This document shows positions 1-12,600 of a DNA stretch of 64,000 bases, in pieces. This DNA comes from Podarcis muralis (Eukaryota). Positions within the stretch are counted from its first letter, which is position 1, and each line of letters opens with the position of its first letter. The notes under the pieces were generated by a model. It was not told the origin of the DNA, did not search any database, and was given only the letters and a program-made list of their open reading frames with translations. The translations under genes and the position numbers were made by a program. The DNA is taken from contig NC_135662.1 in assembly GCF_964188315.1 (NCBI RefSeq), forward strand, positions 61,256,001 to 61,320,000. The letters are read 5' to 3'.

Positions 1-150
1 GGTAAATCCGCATATTCTGTCAATTTGAGTAACGGTTCAGCTCTAGTAGGGAGTTTGTTCTTTTTCCAGTATGTCGCAATAAGCACCCTCACGGCCGTGG
101 TTGCGTACAAGAAAACTTTCCTTATACCCTTGGGAATGCCATTATTTCTG
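1..150 (-). mobile_element. L1-clade LINE ORF2 C-terminal fragment
   Basis: Minus strand reads GIPKGIRKVFLYATTAVRVLIATYWKKNKLPTRAEPLLKLTEYADL, resembling the reptile L1 ORF2 C-terminus (FLYATTAAR..LA..WK); stop codon upstream in frame. Confidence 0.65.
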
Positions 151-669
151 ATCTTATATTGACATCAGGTCTCAACCACCTGTCAAAGATGGCCTGTGGA
201 GGATGCGTAATTATAGAGTTGGATTTAACCAGGCAGGACTGAAAGACCTGCTCATCAGCTGATGGGGACAGGGAAATATATCCTGCTTTCTGCAAAGATC
301 GAGCATGCATGCATGCATGCATTGTTCCTCACAGGGAACAGGAACTTGCAAAACTAAAACCCATCATCTTCTGACGTCATCTGCCCATCAGATTAGGAGA
401 TGGGTGTGGTTTTAAAAATGGCCTTTTGGAAGAAAATTTGAACCCCTGGCAAGCTAAGGTTGGCCAGTAGGTTGAGGTTCCCTACCCTTGCACCAGAATA
501 TCAAGGGGTCTGTAATTACTCTCTTTTAACAGAATATTTGACATATATAAAATAGCATCCCTCAGTTTGCAGTTAAGAAAACCATTAAAATGTTTTGATA
601 TTTGTAAGTAGACCTCTAGAACAAATTGTTAGAAGCTAGCTGTGAGGTTGGAGAAGATCTTTAGCCTAC

Positions 670-883
670 CATCTAAAGTAATTCTTGTTGGCTCGGGAGT
701 AATTCGTCCATCAATCTCAAGGGTATTGTCAGCATCATCATCTTCAAAGGCAGGATGATAGTTTACATTCTCCTCTAAGCTCCTTTGTTCACTTGGGGAT
801 TCCTCTTCGCTTTGCCTGAAATATCTCTGAAGCCAAGCTGGAACAATACTCTTCACAGATTCCTTAACGATATTTACAATTCC
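670..883 (-). CDS. NUP153: Nucleoporin 153, exon 2
   Basis: CAG acceptor, GIVNIVKESVKSIVPAWLQRYF...DGRITPEP matches human GILSRVTESVKNIVPGWLQRYF...DGRITPEP; 214 nt, phase 0 to 1, donor GTAGGC. Later exons lie beyond position 1. Confidence 0.95.
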
Positions 884-1475
884 CTGTTTATAAGAAAGAA
901 AGAATGTTTTTAAATTATATCTAGACTAACAAAGGCCCAGTTGACAAAGTTACTACTAGAACCTACCAACAGGCTGTTGGTAGTTGTTTACAATGCTATG
1001 AAGCTGCCTGAAATAGCAAATCTGTTATAACTTCTGTTCCAATTATATTCATGTTCCAAACAGGTGCTTGCATTCTACAATTTACGCTTTAACCCATGAT
1101 TCCTCAGTGTAGTCATCTAGCACAGAAACACCCCCAATGTGCAGCAGTCACCTCAGTTCTACTACTCTATGATGCACATGACCAATCCCCAGCTTCCACC
1201 CAAGCTTGGTGGTGGAACAGGCAACAGGAATCATCTTTCTCAGAGTGTTCAAAACACAGTGCAATGAAAGGGACAACTCCTTTTCGATTTGTTCATTTTG
1301 GTGCCCTGCCTCCAAGGTGCTTCGAGTGCATCAGTAACACAGTGCCAAAATAAAAGTTCAGTCTCAAAGGCATGGCATGAGGCCAGAAATTATATTTCTA
1401 TACTTTAGGGGAGGAGCAAGGTCCTGGAAACTACACGTTTTTGGTTGGTCCCAAGGCCAGGCACAATTTGTAGAG

Positions 1476-1784
1476 CAGGGGTAGGCAACCTAAGGCCCAG
1501 GGGCCGGATGCGGCCCAATTGCCTTCTAAATCCGGCCCGCAGACAGATCTACATGAGTAGAAGGTGTCCTTTTATTTAAAATGCATCTTTGGGATATTTG
1601 TGGGGCCTGCCTGGTGTTTTTACATGAGTAGATTGTGTGCTTTTATTTAAAATGCATCTCTGGGTAATTTGTGGGGCATAGGAATTTGTTAATTCCCCCC
1701 CCCAAAAAAAAATATAGTCCGGCCCACCACATGGTCTGAGGGACGGTGGACTGGCCCACGGCTGAAAAAGGTTGCTAACCCCTT
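1476..1784. mobile_element. Non-autonomous hAT MITE, empty member of the family at 15352-16080
   Basis: TIR caggggtaggcaacct...aggttgctaacccct; 8-bp TSD ttgtagag (1468-1475, 1785-1792). Confidence 0.85.
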
Positions 1785-4700
1785 TTGTAGAGCCTTGCTA
1801 ATGAATCCTTTTGAAGTGAACAAGAGAACCCAGCTCCTAAGTGATGTCAAGACATACAGGGAAAACAAAAGCAAGATTTCACTCCCCAAAAGTATTCAGA
1901 ACTGCAAGGTTGTTCAACCTATGAAGGAGTTGTCTCTTTCACTTTGAGAAAATCATCCACACATTTGACTTTTAGTTTGTTTTCTGAAATGAACACAATC
2001 ACCTTTAATACATTCAGCAATAATCCAAGGATTAAAAACTACTGAGCCAAAGGAAACAAGGTAATTTCAAACAATTTCTGTTCTACCTTCAGTGAAGGAG
2101 TAATTATATAACACAACAGTCTTGAAACCCGAAGTATATTGTTCCACACAAACTGACACCCCCACAAATAGATAGGCTCCATAACAGACGTTGGCACCAT
2201 CTAGGAGTAAGAACTTCAAATTATCAGAACACATGTGTTATGGCATATCTGAATCATTACATATAAAATATCACAGATGTAATAGTAAATGTGGATGCTA
2301 ACACTTATAACTTCAAACAATGAGTGGGCCGGCTCATATGAGAGAATACAGTTCTTTAAGTATTAACTGTCCAGGACTTTAAAAGCTAGTCAACACTTTG
2401 AAATGGGCATGAAGTCAGTGAGCTGTTGCAAAAGGCAAGGGGGCTATCACATGCATTCCTTCAAAAACTGGCTCTGGTCAAACCTTTAGTTGCTGCATTC
2501 TGGAAAAGCAGAAGTTTCTGAAGAGTTTTTAAAAGCAGCTCCCTGTAGAGCACATGTCCACAATCCAACTGACGGAATTAAGACATGTGTGTCAGTGTAA
2601 CTCAATTTTTATGATGTTTCTGTTCTACTAACTTTTAGTAGTTGTGGTATATTGGGGTTTGTTTGTTTTTATATTGTGTAAGCCCTTCTGGGAGCCTTCA
2701 CGCTGAACAGGAATCTATTAAAATTTGAAATTTATAATTTGCCCAATCATTAAAAGACCAAAAGGTAACTCACAAATAAGTCTGTGAGTAAAGTTGATTC
2801 ACTGTCTGACTTCTGCCCATAGTTTATTGGCAACTTTGCAATTCCAATGTAGGTCACAGTTGTTCAGGTTCTCCACATTTCTACCACTTGGCTTTGTCAG
2901 AGGCATTAAGCCTGATCAGTATCACTGGAGAACAGTGTATTCTTTATAATACTTTTTTTTTTACTGTTATGAGTCTGAACCTCAATCAAGTACTGCAGTT
3001 TGTGGCCTTCTGACTGAGCTAGCTTTATGGTAAATCCTGATTCTATCTTCCATATTTAAATGCATTAGGCCTAAATGGAATACAGCTTTTTCAGCTACTT
3101 GACCCTTTATGTTGAGAGTGCAAAGTTTAGTTGCCAATTGGTTAGCAAAGTGTGGAAAACAGCACATTAGAATACCTATGTTTAAAGACAAATTTGAGAT
3201 TGACACAAATTACAGATAAATTATAAAATTATGTGCAACAATAATGATTTTTGACCATCTAAACTACATAAAGTCAGAGTGTTATAAATTTTAAAAGCTT
3301 AAAAATTAAGACAAATAAAGCTATGTTTTTTATCAGGGCTAACCTATTACAGAGACTTTTAAAATTACCATCTCTGTTTTTACCTCCTATATAAGGCAGC
3401 TTTTACTACACTTCCAGGCTAGTCATGGATTACAATATTCATTTCAGAACAACCTGCTGTTAATGTGTTCGTGAGTAATAAATTCATTTAAACTTCAGAA
3501 AGGGACAACTAAAATGTATCCAAGGTCATGATCACAGAGAGGAAAGCAAGCAGTAGTGTTCTAAGCCTCAAGGCATCTCATTACTGAGTAGTAAAGAATA
3601 GTGACTCCTCTTCAAGGCAAGCATGGCTTTAAAAACCATCATCAACAGACAGTCAAATTGAGAATGTTTTAGTTCAGATCCACTATATCTTTAGACACAT
3701 TCTTAGGGGACAGATTTTTAAAAAATGTAGTCCATTGAATCAATAACTGACATGTAACTATTAGCTCTTCTAATAATTATTCTCCTATTGAGATGGTACT
3801 TTGTGAGAACAACCTCCCTTTGTTGCATATAGCAGAGGTGGGGAATGCCTGGCTCACATGCCAATCTTGCCCTACCAGGCTTCCTCGTTTGGCCCTTGAG
3901 GGCATTGTGGTTGGGACTTGACTGAAAGGGTGGGACTTGTTCAATCTCTGCTTTGTGCAGCTGCCAAAGAACCAGACAACCAACTGGTTGCTGGGAGCCT
4001 ATGAAGCACTGCACAAAGTGAGGATTTAAGGCTAAAGCAGGATCACTCTCCCTTCACATCAAGCAATGATAATATCAGTAAGATTACATTTTCATGGTAA
4101 CTGCCATGTTTCGGTGTTGTATCAAACTCCACCAGACTCAAGAGTAGACACACTGAAATTAATAGAATTAAGTTGGTCAGGACCATTAATTCCAATGGAT
4201 CTACTCCAAAAAGAACTACCAATGGCTACAACCCTGGGATTCAAAGTCTGAATCCTTCTCGGGGGTAAGTTTTATCTAGATCACTGACAGCATCAGCAGT
4301 ACTAACGCATATTGTCATCTCACCACATAATATTTTGACCTGCAGGAGGATTCTCCCATCATGAAAGCATAACATAAAAAGCATTTTAAACAGAGCATCA
4401 TAAAGTACAAAATACTTTTATTTTGAATCAAAACTATTATTTTCAAACTCTCAATTATTTGTGCATTACTAAAATGATTATATTTAAGAATGCTCTTAAG
4501 TGTTGTTAAATAGGGTAGTATTTATTTTCTAGTAAATAAACTATAGTCCTATTTCTATTATTTCATTTATGAGTCACTTCCTTTGAGGCATCCTGAAGCA
4601 ATTTACAACAGAATATATAAAACAGTACATAAATAAAAACTGAAAACAACTGCACATAGTTTTTTTTTAAAAAAGTATTAGAAATATGAAAGTTTAAAAT

Positions 4701-5035
4701 GACAGCAAATACAAAAGATCAGTTCCAATCCAAAACAGATACCAACCTGGATACAGATTTTAGGAGGTTTGTTGAAAGAGGAACATCTTTACCAGATGCC
4801 AAAAAGGCAATAGAAAAGGTACCTGTCTGATATGCAATGGAAGGGAGTTGCAAAACGTAGGAACTATTGCAGTTCTTCATGAATGTTCATATGACTTTTG
4901 GCACCTTGGGATCTGGTCCACAGCCGTCCCTCCTTCCAACAATCAAGCTAACAAAAAAGGTACTATATACATGACTGGGACTTTTCTCTATCTTATGTTT
5001 CATTCCAGGACAAAGGACTTTTCAGCGGGAAAGTA

Positions 5036-5390
5036 CAGTGGTGCCTCGCAAGACAAAATTAATTCGTTCCGCGAGTTTTTTCGTCTTGTGATTTTTTTCG
5101 TCTTGCGAAGCACGGTTTCGGAAAAGTTTTGGAAAAGCTTCAAAAATCACCAAAGTCTTCAAAAAGCTCAAAAAAGGCTACCACACCGTGTGCTATGAGT
5201 TGCTCCTCGAAGTCAAGTCGCAACTGTATTAACGGTGTTAAGAAAAAGGAAACAAACTTGCAAGATGTTTCAGTCTTGCGAAGCAAGCCCATAGGGAAAA
5301 TCGTCTTGCGAAGCAACTCAAAAAACCAAAAACCCTTTCGTCTTGCGAGTTTTTTGTCTTGCGAGGCATTGGTCTTGCGAGGTACCACTG
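5036..5390. mobile_element. Tc1/mariner (Tigger-like) MITE
   Basis: TIR cagtggtgcctcgcaagac...gtcttgcgaggtaccactg, TA on both sides; same family as 18999-19308. Confidence 0.85.
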
Positions 5391-6862
5391 TAATGGGGGT
5401 GGGGGAAGAGGTGTGTGAGAGAGACAGACAGTGCCAGAGAGAGGGGTGGTAGAAAGAAAACGGGTGGCCTACTGTTAATTCTGGCCCTGGCCCTTTTTGG
5501 TATCAGCCCTGCTCACCACCAGTTCTGGTTATGTCAATGCCTGGTGTGCACCACAGATATATTTCCCATGAGTGGGTGCAGCCTTTGACATAGGGAGAGG
5601 TTCCCCACCCTTTCTATAAGCAGTAGCCATCCAAAATGTCCCCTACTGCTGACTGGGGTATCTAACATATGACTATCACCATTCAAACTTCTTTTGAAAT
5701 CAAATGAAGCAGAGTCCACAGGGGCCTGAACAAATTATGCTGTGGCAATGTAGCCCTTATGACATACTACCTTTAAAATGCGCATTCACTGTGGCATATT
5801 CCAAGTTTTTCAGAATCAATGCAACGTCTTTGAAATGATTCAGAGTTTAACAAAAAGCACTGACACAACTTTCAGAAATCGAGAGCATAGCAGAAAGAGC
5901 AAACAAAATGTTTCCAAAAGAATGCTACTCTGACAATTTGGCCTAAACACGTTTGCTCAAATTCCAATAATTCAAGGGGATTTACTCACAAAAATGATAC
6001 GGATTAAACCTAAATCCATTCAAGCATACACCCTTAAACCAAAGCTTAAACACAACCACAATAATTTTTTGCAGTTTTTTGTGTGGCCTTCTTAGAACAA
6101 CTTTAGGCACACCTTTGCCATATCAGAAGTTACAATTTTATATGAGTAACACTCAGTACTTCCTAGGCTTCTCCACTCTGCTTAGGCATACACTTCAGAC
6201 ATATGTTTGTATGCATGGTATCAAGAAACATCTTAAAAAACAAATACACAGGCAACTTTAAATCTTCCTCTCCCTCAGCTGCAACCTGGTAACAGCCATT
6301 CTTCTTTGAACCTCTTTCTTTCATCTTCTTTTGTTTTCCCATTCCATATATCCTTCTATATGCCCATTCCTCCTTTTCCTACACTCCATAGGTCTCCACA
6401 CTGCCATCTCTCCGCTATCCCCTTTTCCATATCCCTCAGGTATGACTGCCTACACTTCCTTCTTCTCCAATTTCCATAGCTCCTTCTGTACCATAACAGG
6501 TCTCTCTGTACCCTTCTCTCTTAAGAGACCAAAAGGGAAAAAAAGTTAGAAACTATTTTTGATATACTTTCTCAATTTAATCTCACTAATCTTAGCAGCA
6601 AGGCCTCCAGAAAAGAACAGATGGATTGTGCAGTATGGCCGAATGCAACAGGCTGGAAAAACTGGTGCAAGTTCCACCACGTGTCTCTGAATCTAAGGAT
6701 ATGGTGCTAATAAAGCTTTGGAAAGTTAATTATATTTGAAAGATGCTATTTTGAGTGGGGTGGAGTTGCACTCAATAACAGAAAGAACCTAAGAGACCTG
6801 CTAATTTTTATGGAGGAATGATAGCTACCAATTTAATATTTTAAATCTACTTAGGCATTATA

Positions 6863-7091
6863 CAGTGGTACCTTGGAAGTTGAACGGAGTCCGTTCGACT
6901 TCCAACTTGATTCGGAAACCAAGGCACAGCTTCCAATTGGCTGCAGAAAGCTCCTGCAGCCAATCGGAAGCAGCGACAGATGTTCGGGTTCCAAAGAACA
7001 TTTGCAAACCTGAACAATTACTTCCAAGTTTGCAGCGTTCAGGACCCAAAACGTTTGTCTTGCAAGTCATTCAAGATCCAAGGTACGACTG
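6863..7091. mobile_element. Tc1/mariner-type MITE
   Basis: cagtggtaccttgga...ccaaggtacgactg with TA flanks; internal palindrome attggctgcag..ctgcagccaat. Confidence 0.8.
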
Positions 7092-7710
7092 TATATGAAA
7101 TTGCATATACAGAATAGACCATATACTAATTATAAGGGATTTCCTTTCTTATGTAAGGCAATATAAAATAGTGCATAATAGTACTGAGAGTCTTGAATAC
7201 TGTGGATGGGAATTGGACAGTAGGCAGATGTAGATTTCCCTTTTGTCTTAAGGCTCTACATGTTTTTGCATTAGTGAAATTCTATACAATTCCAACAATA
7301 AAGAGATGATTTTGTTAATAGAACAGTTTTGAGAAGTCTAAGTAGAAAAAGATACCTTTACACCTCTGACATCACTTAAAATGTATTTAGTTGAACGGAA
7401 GGGCTTCTTCCGTTTGTGAATGGGAATGCACAATTCAGCGCATGCTCCCAAAGGAAGGATTTTTTGTGACAACACCCCTACTTCTCACTGCAGACTGCCA
7501 TGCCACCTCTTACATTGTTCTAGGTGCCCCCCATCAAGCAGGTACCCAGGCAGCTGATGGGGAAGAAATGCTGAAAATCACCTTCTGCCCACAGGAGTGT
7601 CCAATTAGCAGATTTCTGTCAAATAACCATATCTAATAGGGCTGGGCGATGTATCGATACATCATCCAAAATCAGTTTGAAGTCCACATTATGGTAACAG
7701 TTTCATAATA

Positions 7711-7929
7711 TAGTTGTACCTTGGAAGTCGAATGGAATCCGTTCCAGAAGTCCTTCTGACTTCCAAAACGTTCAGAAACCAAATCACAACTTCTAATTGG
7801 CTGCAATCAGAAGCTGCGGAAGTCCTGTCAGATGTTCGGGTTCCAAAAGAACGTTTGCAAACCGGAACAATCAATCTGGGTTTGCGGCGTTTGGGAGCCA
7901 AAACGTCCGAGACAACCAAGATACAACTG
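7711..7929. mobile_element. Tc1/mariner-type MITE, same family as 6863-7091
   Basis: tagttgtaccttgga...ccaagatacaactg, TA flanks, colinear similarity to 6863-7091. Confidence 0.75.
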
Positions 7930-8689
7930 TATACAACATGGTGATATAATTTGAATTGTGATGTACACATGTGCTATGTAAAAAATTTGTGATGTGGATA
8001 AAGAATCATAGAATTGTAGAGTTGGAAGGGATCATGAGTGTAGCCAGTCATTGCTTTTCTCATGATTCCTGCAGCCCCTGTTGCTCTGTACTTTAAAATA
8101 ACAGTTGTAACGATAAAGATAAGTAAAAAATGTATCCGATTTAGACCCCTAAGTAGTAGCAGTTGCCAGGACATTACCCCATCCGCCTCTACATAGTTCC
8201 ATCCTTATTTCAGACATTGTGATATATCTGTATATTGCAATGTTTATCTGGCAATATATCATGATATTAAGAACCAGACATCGCTCAGCCCTAATATCCA
8301 GCTGATAGAATTTTAATATATAATCAGCTACAAACAGCAACAATGTTATAAATACATGATTAGAACCAGAATAAATTTGTTGAACCTGAATCTCACTGAA
8401 ATATAAGGGACAAGTTAGTCAAGATTAACTTGTCCCATATATTTCAATGGGATCCAAATTCAGTGTGCTTATATTGAACACCTATTGCTCTCCTTCCTAA
8501 TCTGCACATTCAGCAGGCAAACGAGGAAGGTCAGACCTGACAAAATAGAGCTGAGCAGAAAAAACACCTTCACGCAATCCAACCCTCCTAACAGCTCAGC
8601 ATAATGTGGTTCGGGTGTTGGATTGCCGTTAATCTGGATCCAACCTACATCCAAAGGCAGCCCTGTTTAGGGAAGTTTTTAAAGTTTAA

Positions 8690-8790
8690 TGTTTTATCAT
8701 GTTTTTAATATTCTGTTGGGAGTTGCCCAGAGTGGCTGGGGAAACCCAGTCAGATGGGCAGGGTATAAATAATAAATTATTGTTATTATT
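8690..8790 (+). mobile_element. LINE 3' end (L2/CR1-like)
   Basis: gcccagagtggctggggaaacccagtcagatgggcagggtataaat followed by an (ATT)n-like tail; reverse copies at about 26843-26900 and 47085-47150. Confidence 0.6.
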
Positions 8791-11549
8791 ACATGCTTTA
8801 AATTGGTCAGGCTAATATCTGCTCCAAAAGAATCTCAAAATCAAAGTATTGAATGAGACTGTGCTCAAGGTACAAAGATATCTTAATCCACTACTGATCA
8901 GAAATAACTTACTCCAAGCAGTTTCTCAACTTGAATAATATATGGCCTCTATAAGTTACCCTGAAATGATGCTTTGATGGTGGTTCCATAAAAAGAAGCA
9001 GCTTACATTAGGATAATTTTTATTGGACCACTTTGCTGGCAAACATGCAAGAATGTGCTTAAAGCAAAGGAAAATGTTTCATTAAAACCGGCAGAATCTG
9101 CTTGTAGAAAAGTCCAGAAAAAAGCAAGCAAGGAAATTCCTAGTGGTTGTCAATTCCCTTACATTTCATAGGGTTTACAAAGTGGAAATCCAGAAAATCA
9201 ATAGGGTTTACACACACAAAAATCTTTGTGTATTGCTTTTTTGTGTGTTCAGAAATACAGTACTATTAAAATCCTCTCACAAACATAATTTGTAAAATTC
9301 CCAACAGGATTAAAGATACTAAATTTAATCTTAAGGTTTATGAGGATTTAGGCTTCCAAGATTCAGACATTCCATTAACAAAGGCCAAAACTAACTAATT
9401 GGCTTTATATGACAGTTGCATAAATATTAGGGTAGAACAGAACTGTGTTGAAGACAAATGAACTGCTGAATTGGTCTTCACCACCACAGAGGCAGGAATC
9501 TCAAGAAATCTATTCCCCATATAAGTGGATTTTTTTAAAACTTCATTTCCAAAGCTGAACCTTATTATAAAATAGAACAACTGAAACAATTACAAAAGAT
9601 GTATGGAGAAATAGCAACACTGTTGGGCTTTATGTACAGTCAAAGAGAAGATGACAAAGATCATGCCCATAACTGCTCACCTGTTTAATCCAAATAGTGT
9701 AATGGTGGTAAACTGTATGGACTATATCCAACTTTAGTAATACCCAGAGCAGACTCACTGACATTAATGGGCATGGCGTAGGTTAATTTCAAATAGGCAT
9801 ACTCCAGAGTAGAACTTAATCAATACAACTCCTTGCTATAAATATATAAACAATTACATTCTAACGACTAAATATGTCAAAAGTACAGATACCAGGGTGA
9901 GATCATGCAAATGACAACAGTGATCTTTAATAATTAGTTAGAAGATGGAATTTTGGTAGTCATGGTTTCTCACCCCTACATAACTAGCTTCAATTATCTG
10001 AAATCACTTCTTCTACACAATAATTAAAAGGTATAGGTGTTTGTCCTACTTTCTGCTCACACTAGTAGCTGTAACCCAACAGCTATTCTAATCTGACAAA
10101 TACAATAAAGGAAGCCACTTTTCACAGTGTAATTTTATTTATATTTCTAGTTAGCTTCAAAAGCAGTGTTTCTGAACACAGCATGAATTGTTTTTGATCA
10201 AATTTTATATTCTTTCACATTTTACCTACAACTTCAGACATTTCTCACAACAGCTATATTGTTTTTGGTTGTGACCTAAAAATAACATTGAATCAGCATA
10301 TTCTGCTTCACCTATTTGTTTCATTAGTATCTCACCCTTGTCCCATCATGGGGAAAAATCCATGCTACAAATCTGATTATTATGGCTGCAACAGAAACCA
10401 TGCTTACCTGAGAGTGAGCCCCACTTACTTCTCAGTAGACATGGTTAGAACTGCAGCCAAAATGCACAGGATCATTAATGTGTATCTGCAATATAATTTA
10501 ACCCCTTCCATAATATATATTTTTTTGTAAGTCCAGTCAACCATTTTCACCTATTTTAAATTTATCAAAATAAATATTTAGAACACAATGAGTTTTATCC
10601 CATTTTAATTCTACTTGGAGCTGGCCCACTGACATTAATGGACATGACTAAATTAAGTTTCTAAATTTCAGTAGGTCTGCTCTGAATAAACTTCACTGAA
10701 TACCCAATATTCCAAATCTTACATGTCTGCATGAGCAGCAATTTTTAAAAGCTGTCATTTATAAATTGTTAAACAAAACAAATTCATGTGTCACTCATAA
10801 ATTACTAACACTTAAGTTCTTTCTAAAATATATGAATGGCTGATTTGGTCCCTGTGCTAGCATTCAAATAGCACCTGAATACTCAATTCATATTTTGCAT
10901 GCATTTTCATAAAAGCACTAACATAACTAGATTTGCTTTAAAAAAATGTACTACCAACTAAGTCAAAAGACAGGTTTTGAAATCTCAGTGGACACTGTTC
11001 AGACTCATTAAGTATAACCCCAATATTCCAATCCTCACCATTTCTACCCAGAAATAACTCCTACTGAATTCAATGGGGTTTACTTCCAGGTTAAGTGGGG
11101 GCTAAGGCTGCAGCCTAAAGCCTGGAAAGGGGATGTGCAATTTGTGCAATGGTTAAAACCCTTTTCGGCGTTACCTTTAAAGCAAGGGGATCCCGCTAAA
11201 AACACTTGATTGAGACATCGCACAACAGCGAATCGGCGCCTTGATTCGCAGGAGGCACGTTTTCCCCTTTGCCTGCCCTCCCCTTCCTTCCTTTTCTTCC
11301 CGCCGTAACAGAAATCCAGGAAGGGGAGAAATCTCACAGAACCCAAGCGCGTGCCTCAAAACGGGAGAAGGGGAATCCCACCCCTCTAAACATTTCCCCC
11401 ACCTTGCACTTGAATCATTCATATCGCTGGGATCGCCCTCGGAAATCAACGCCTCCCCCGCCTCACACACTTCCCCTTCTCTCCCCCTAAGAAGAAGGGG
11501 GGAAAGGGGGGGGCAGAAAATGCTTTCTCTTCCTCCTCGAGGTACCAGG

Positions 11550-12600
11550 TAGTTCACCCACCCAGAATATGGCCTGGCCATTTCTCAGGCCGACAACGGC
11601 GGCTCCCAGGGGGCCCGTGAGGGCAGAGCCGGAGCCTCGCTGGCCAATTCCGGGACTGGCGGCGCCGCTTCCTCCATACAGATATATTATGTGTCCAGCC
11701 GCCGGTCTCGCACACCACATGCTCCCCCGCTCGGCCTCCCTCACCTGCTTGTTTCTCGGGTAAGGCTTCGAGGAGGCCGCTGCCAGGTGGTATCGCCGCG
11801 TCCGGATCTTCCCGCCGCCGCTTTCGTAGCCGCCGCTGCCGCCTCCGCTTCCACCACCTCCTCCTCCTCCTCCCGGAGCTCCGCCGCTTTCCCCCGAATC
11901 CATATTGGGACCTCTCCCGAGCCTTGCCGGCCTCCCTCCCACCCACCCGCAACCCGCACGCACGCACGCACGGCGCAAACAGAGAGGCCCGGCCTAGCCC
12001 GGCCACCCCCTGTGCGCGCGCCCGCGCGCGCGCTTTCTCTCCCCCCTCACGCTTCTTTCCCTCCCTCACGCTCCTCTCGGCCCCCACCCCTGGCCCCAAT
12101 CCCGTTCTGTGCTGTCACTGTCTCTATGGCGATGCCCCGCGCCGCGCGGCCTGCCTCGCGCCCTCACAGGATGCCTGCCTCCCTCTCTCGCTCCCTGGCT
12201 AGCGCGCGCGCCGAGGCCGTCCCTAGCCGCTCCACTTCCCCCTCCCTTTCCTACCCTTTCTCTTCCCCCCCCCTCCACCAACACCGTCACCGTCTAGCCC
12301 GCCCGAGATTCTCCCCCTCCTTCCTTTCCTCCCGACCAACCAGAGGACACCCGCCCGGACAGCTTGGCGTCACCAAACCGCGCGACCCGCCATCCTGCCT
12401 CATTCCAGTCGCCCGCCGACGGCCCATGAGCGCCCACGGGAAATGTAGTTTTGGAAAGCCGAGGCTGCGCAGAGAGCATATGGACACACTCCGCCCTCTC
12501 GCGGGGTGGTTGCCGATCTGACGCATTGATGCGCCACAGAATCTCGCGATATATGCCGCAGCGAAGGCCGGAAACACGCTATTCTGGAATGAACACGATT
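11550..12600 (-). promoter_or_regulatory. CpG island / NUP153 promoter and 5' UTR
   Basis: GC- and CpG-rich block around exon 1; ZNF143-type gggaaatgtagt (12438-12449), BANP-type tctcgcgata (12542-12551). Confidence 0.8.
11745..11903 (-). CDS. NUP153: Nucleoporin 153, exon 1 (coding part)
   Basis: MDSGESGG...GGGKIRTRRYHLAAASSKPYPRNKQ matches human GGGKIRTRRCH...KPY; 159 nt, phase-0 donor GTGAGG; intron 1 spans 884-11744. Confidence 0.95.

Noticed and set aside
11487-12521. Long ORFs of 163-276 aa in the NUP153 island, and similar ones at 25756-26269 and 60608-62127
   Set aside because: GC-rich CpG-island sequence lacks stops by composition; only the spliced exons called above match known proteins.
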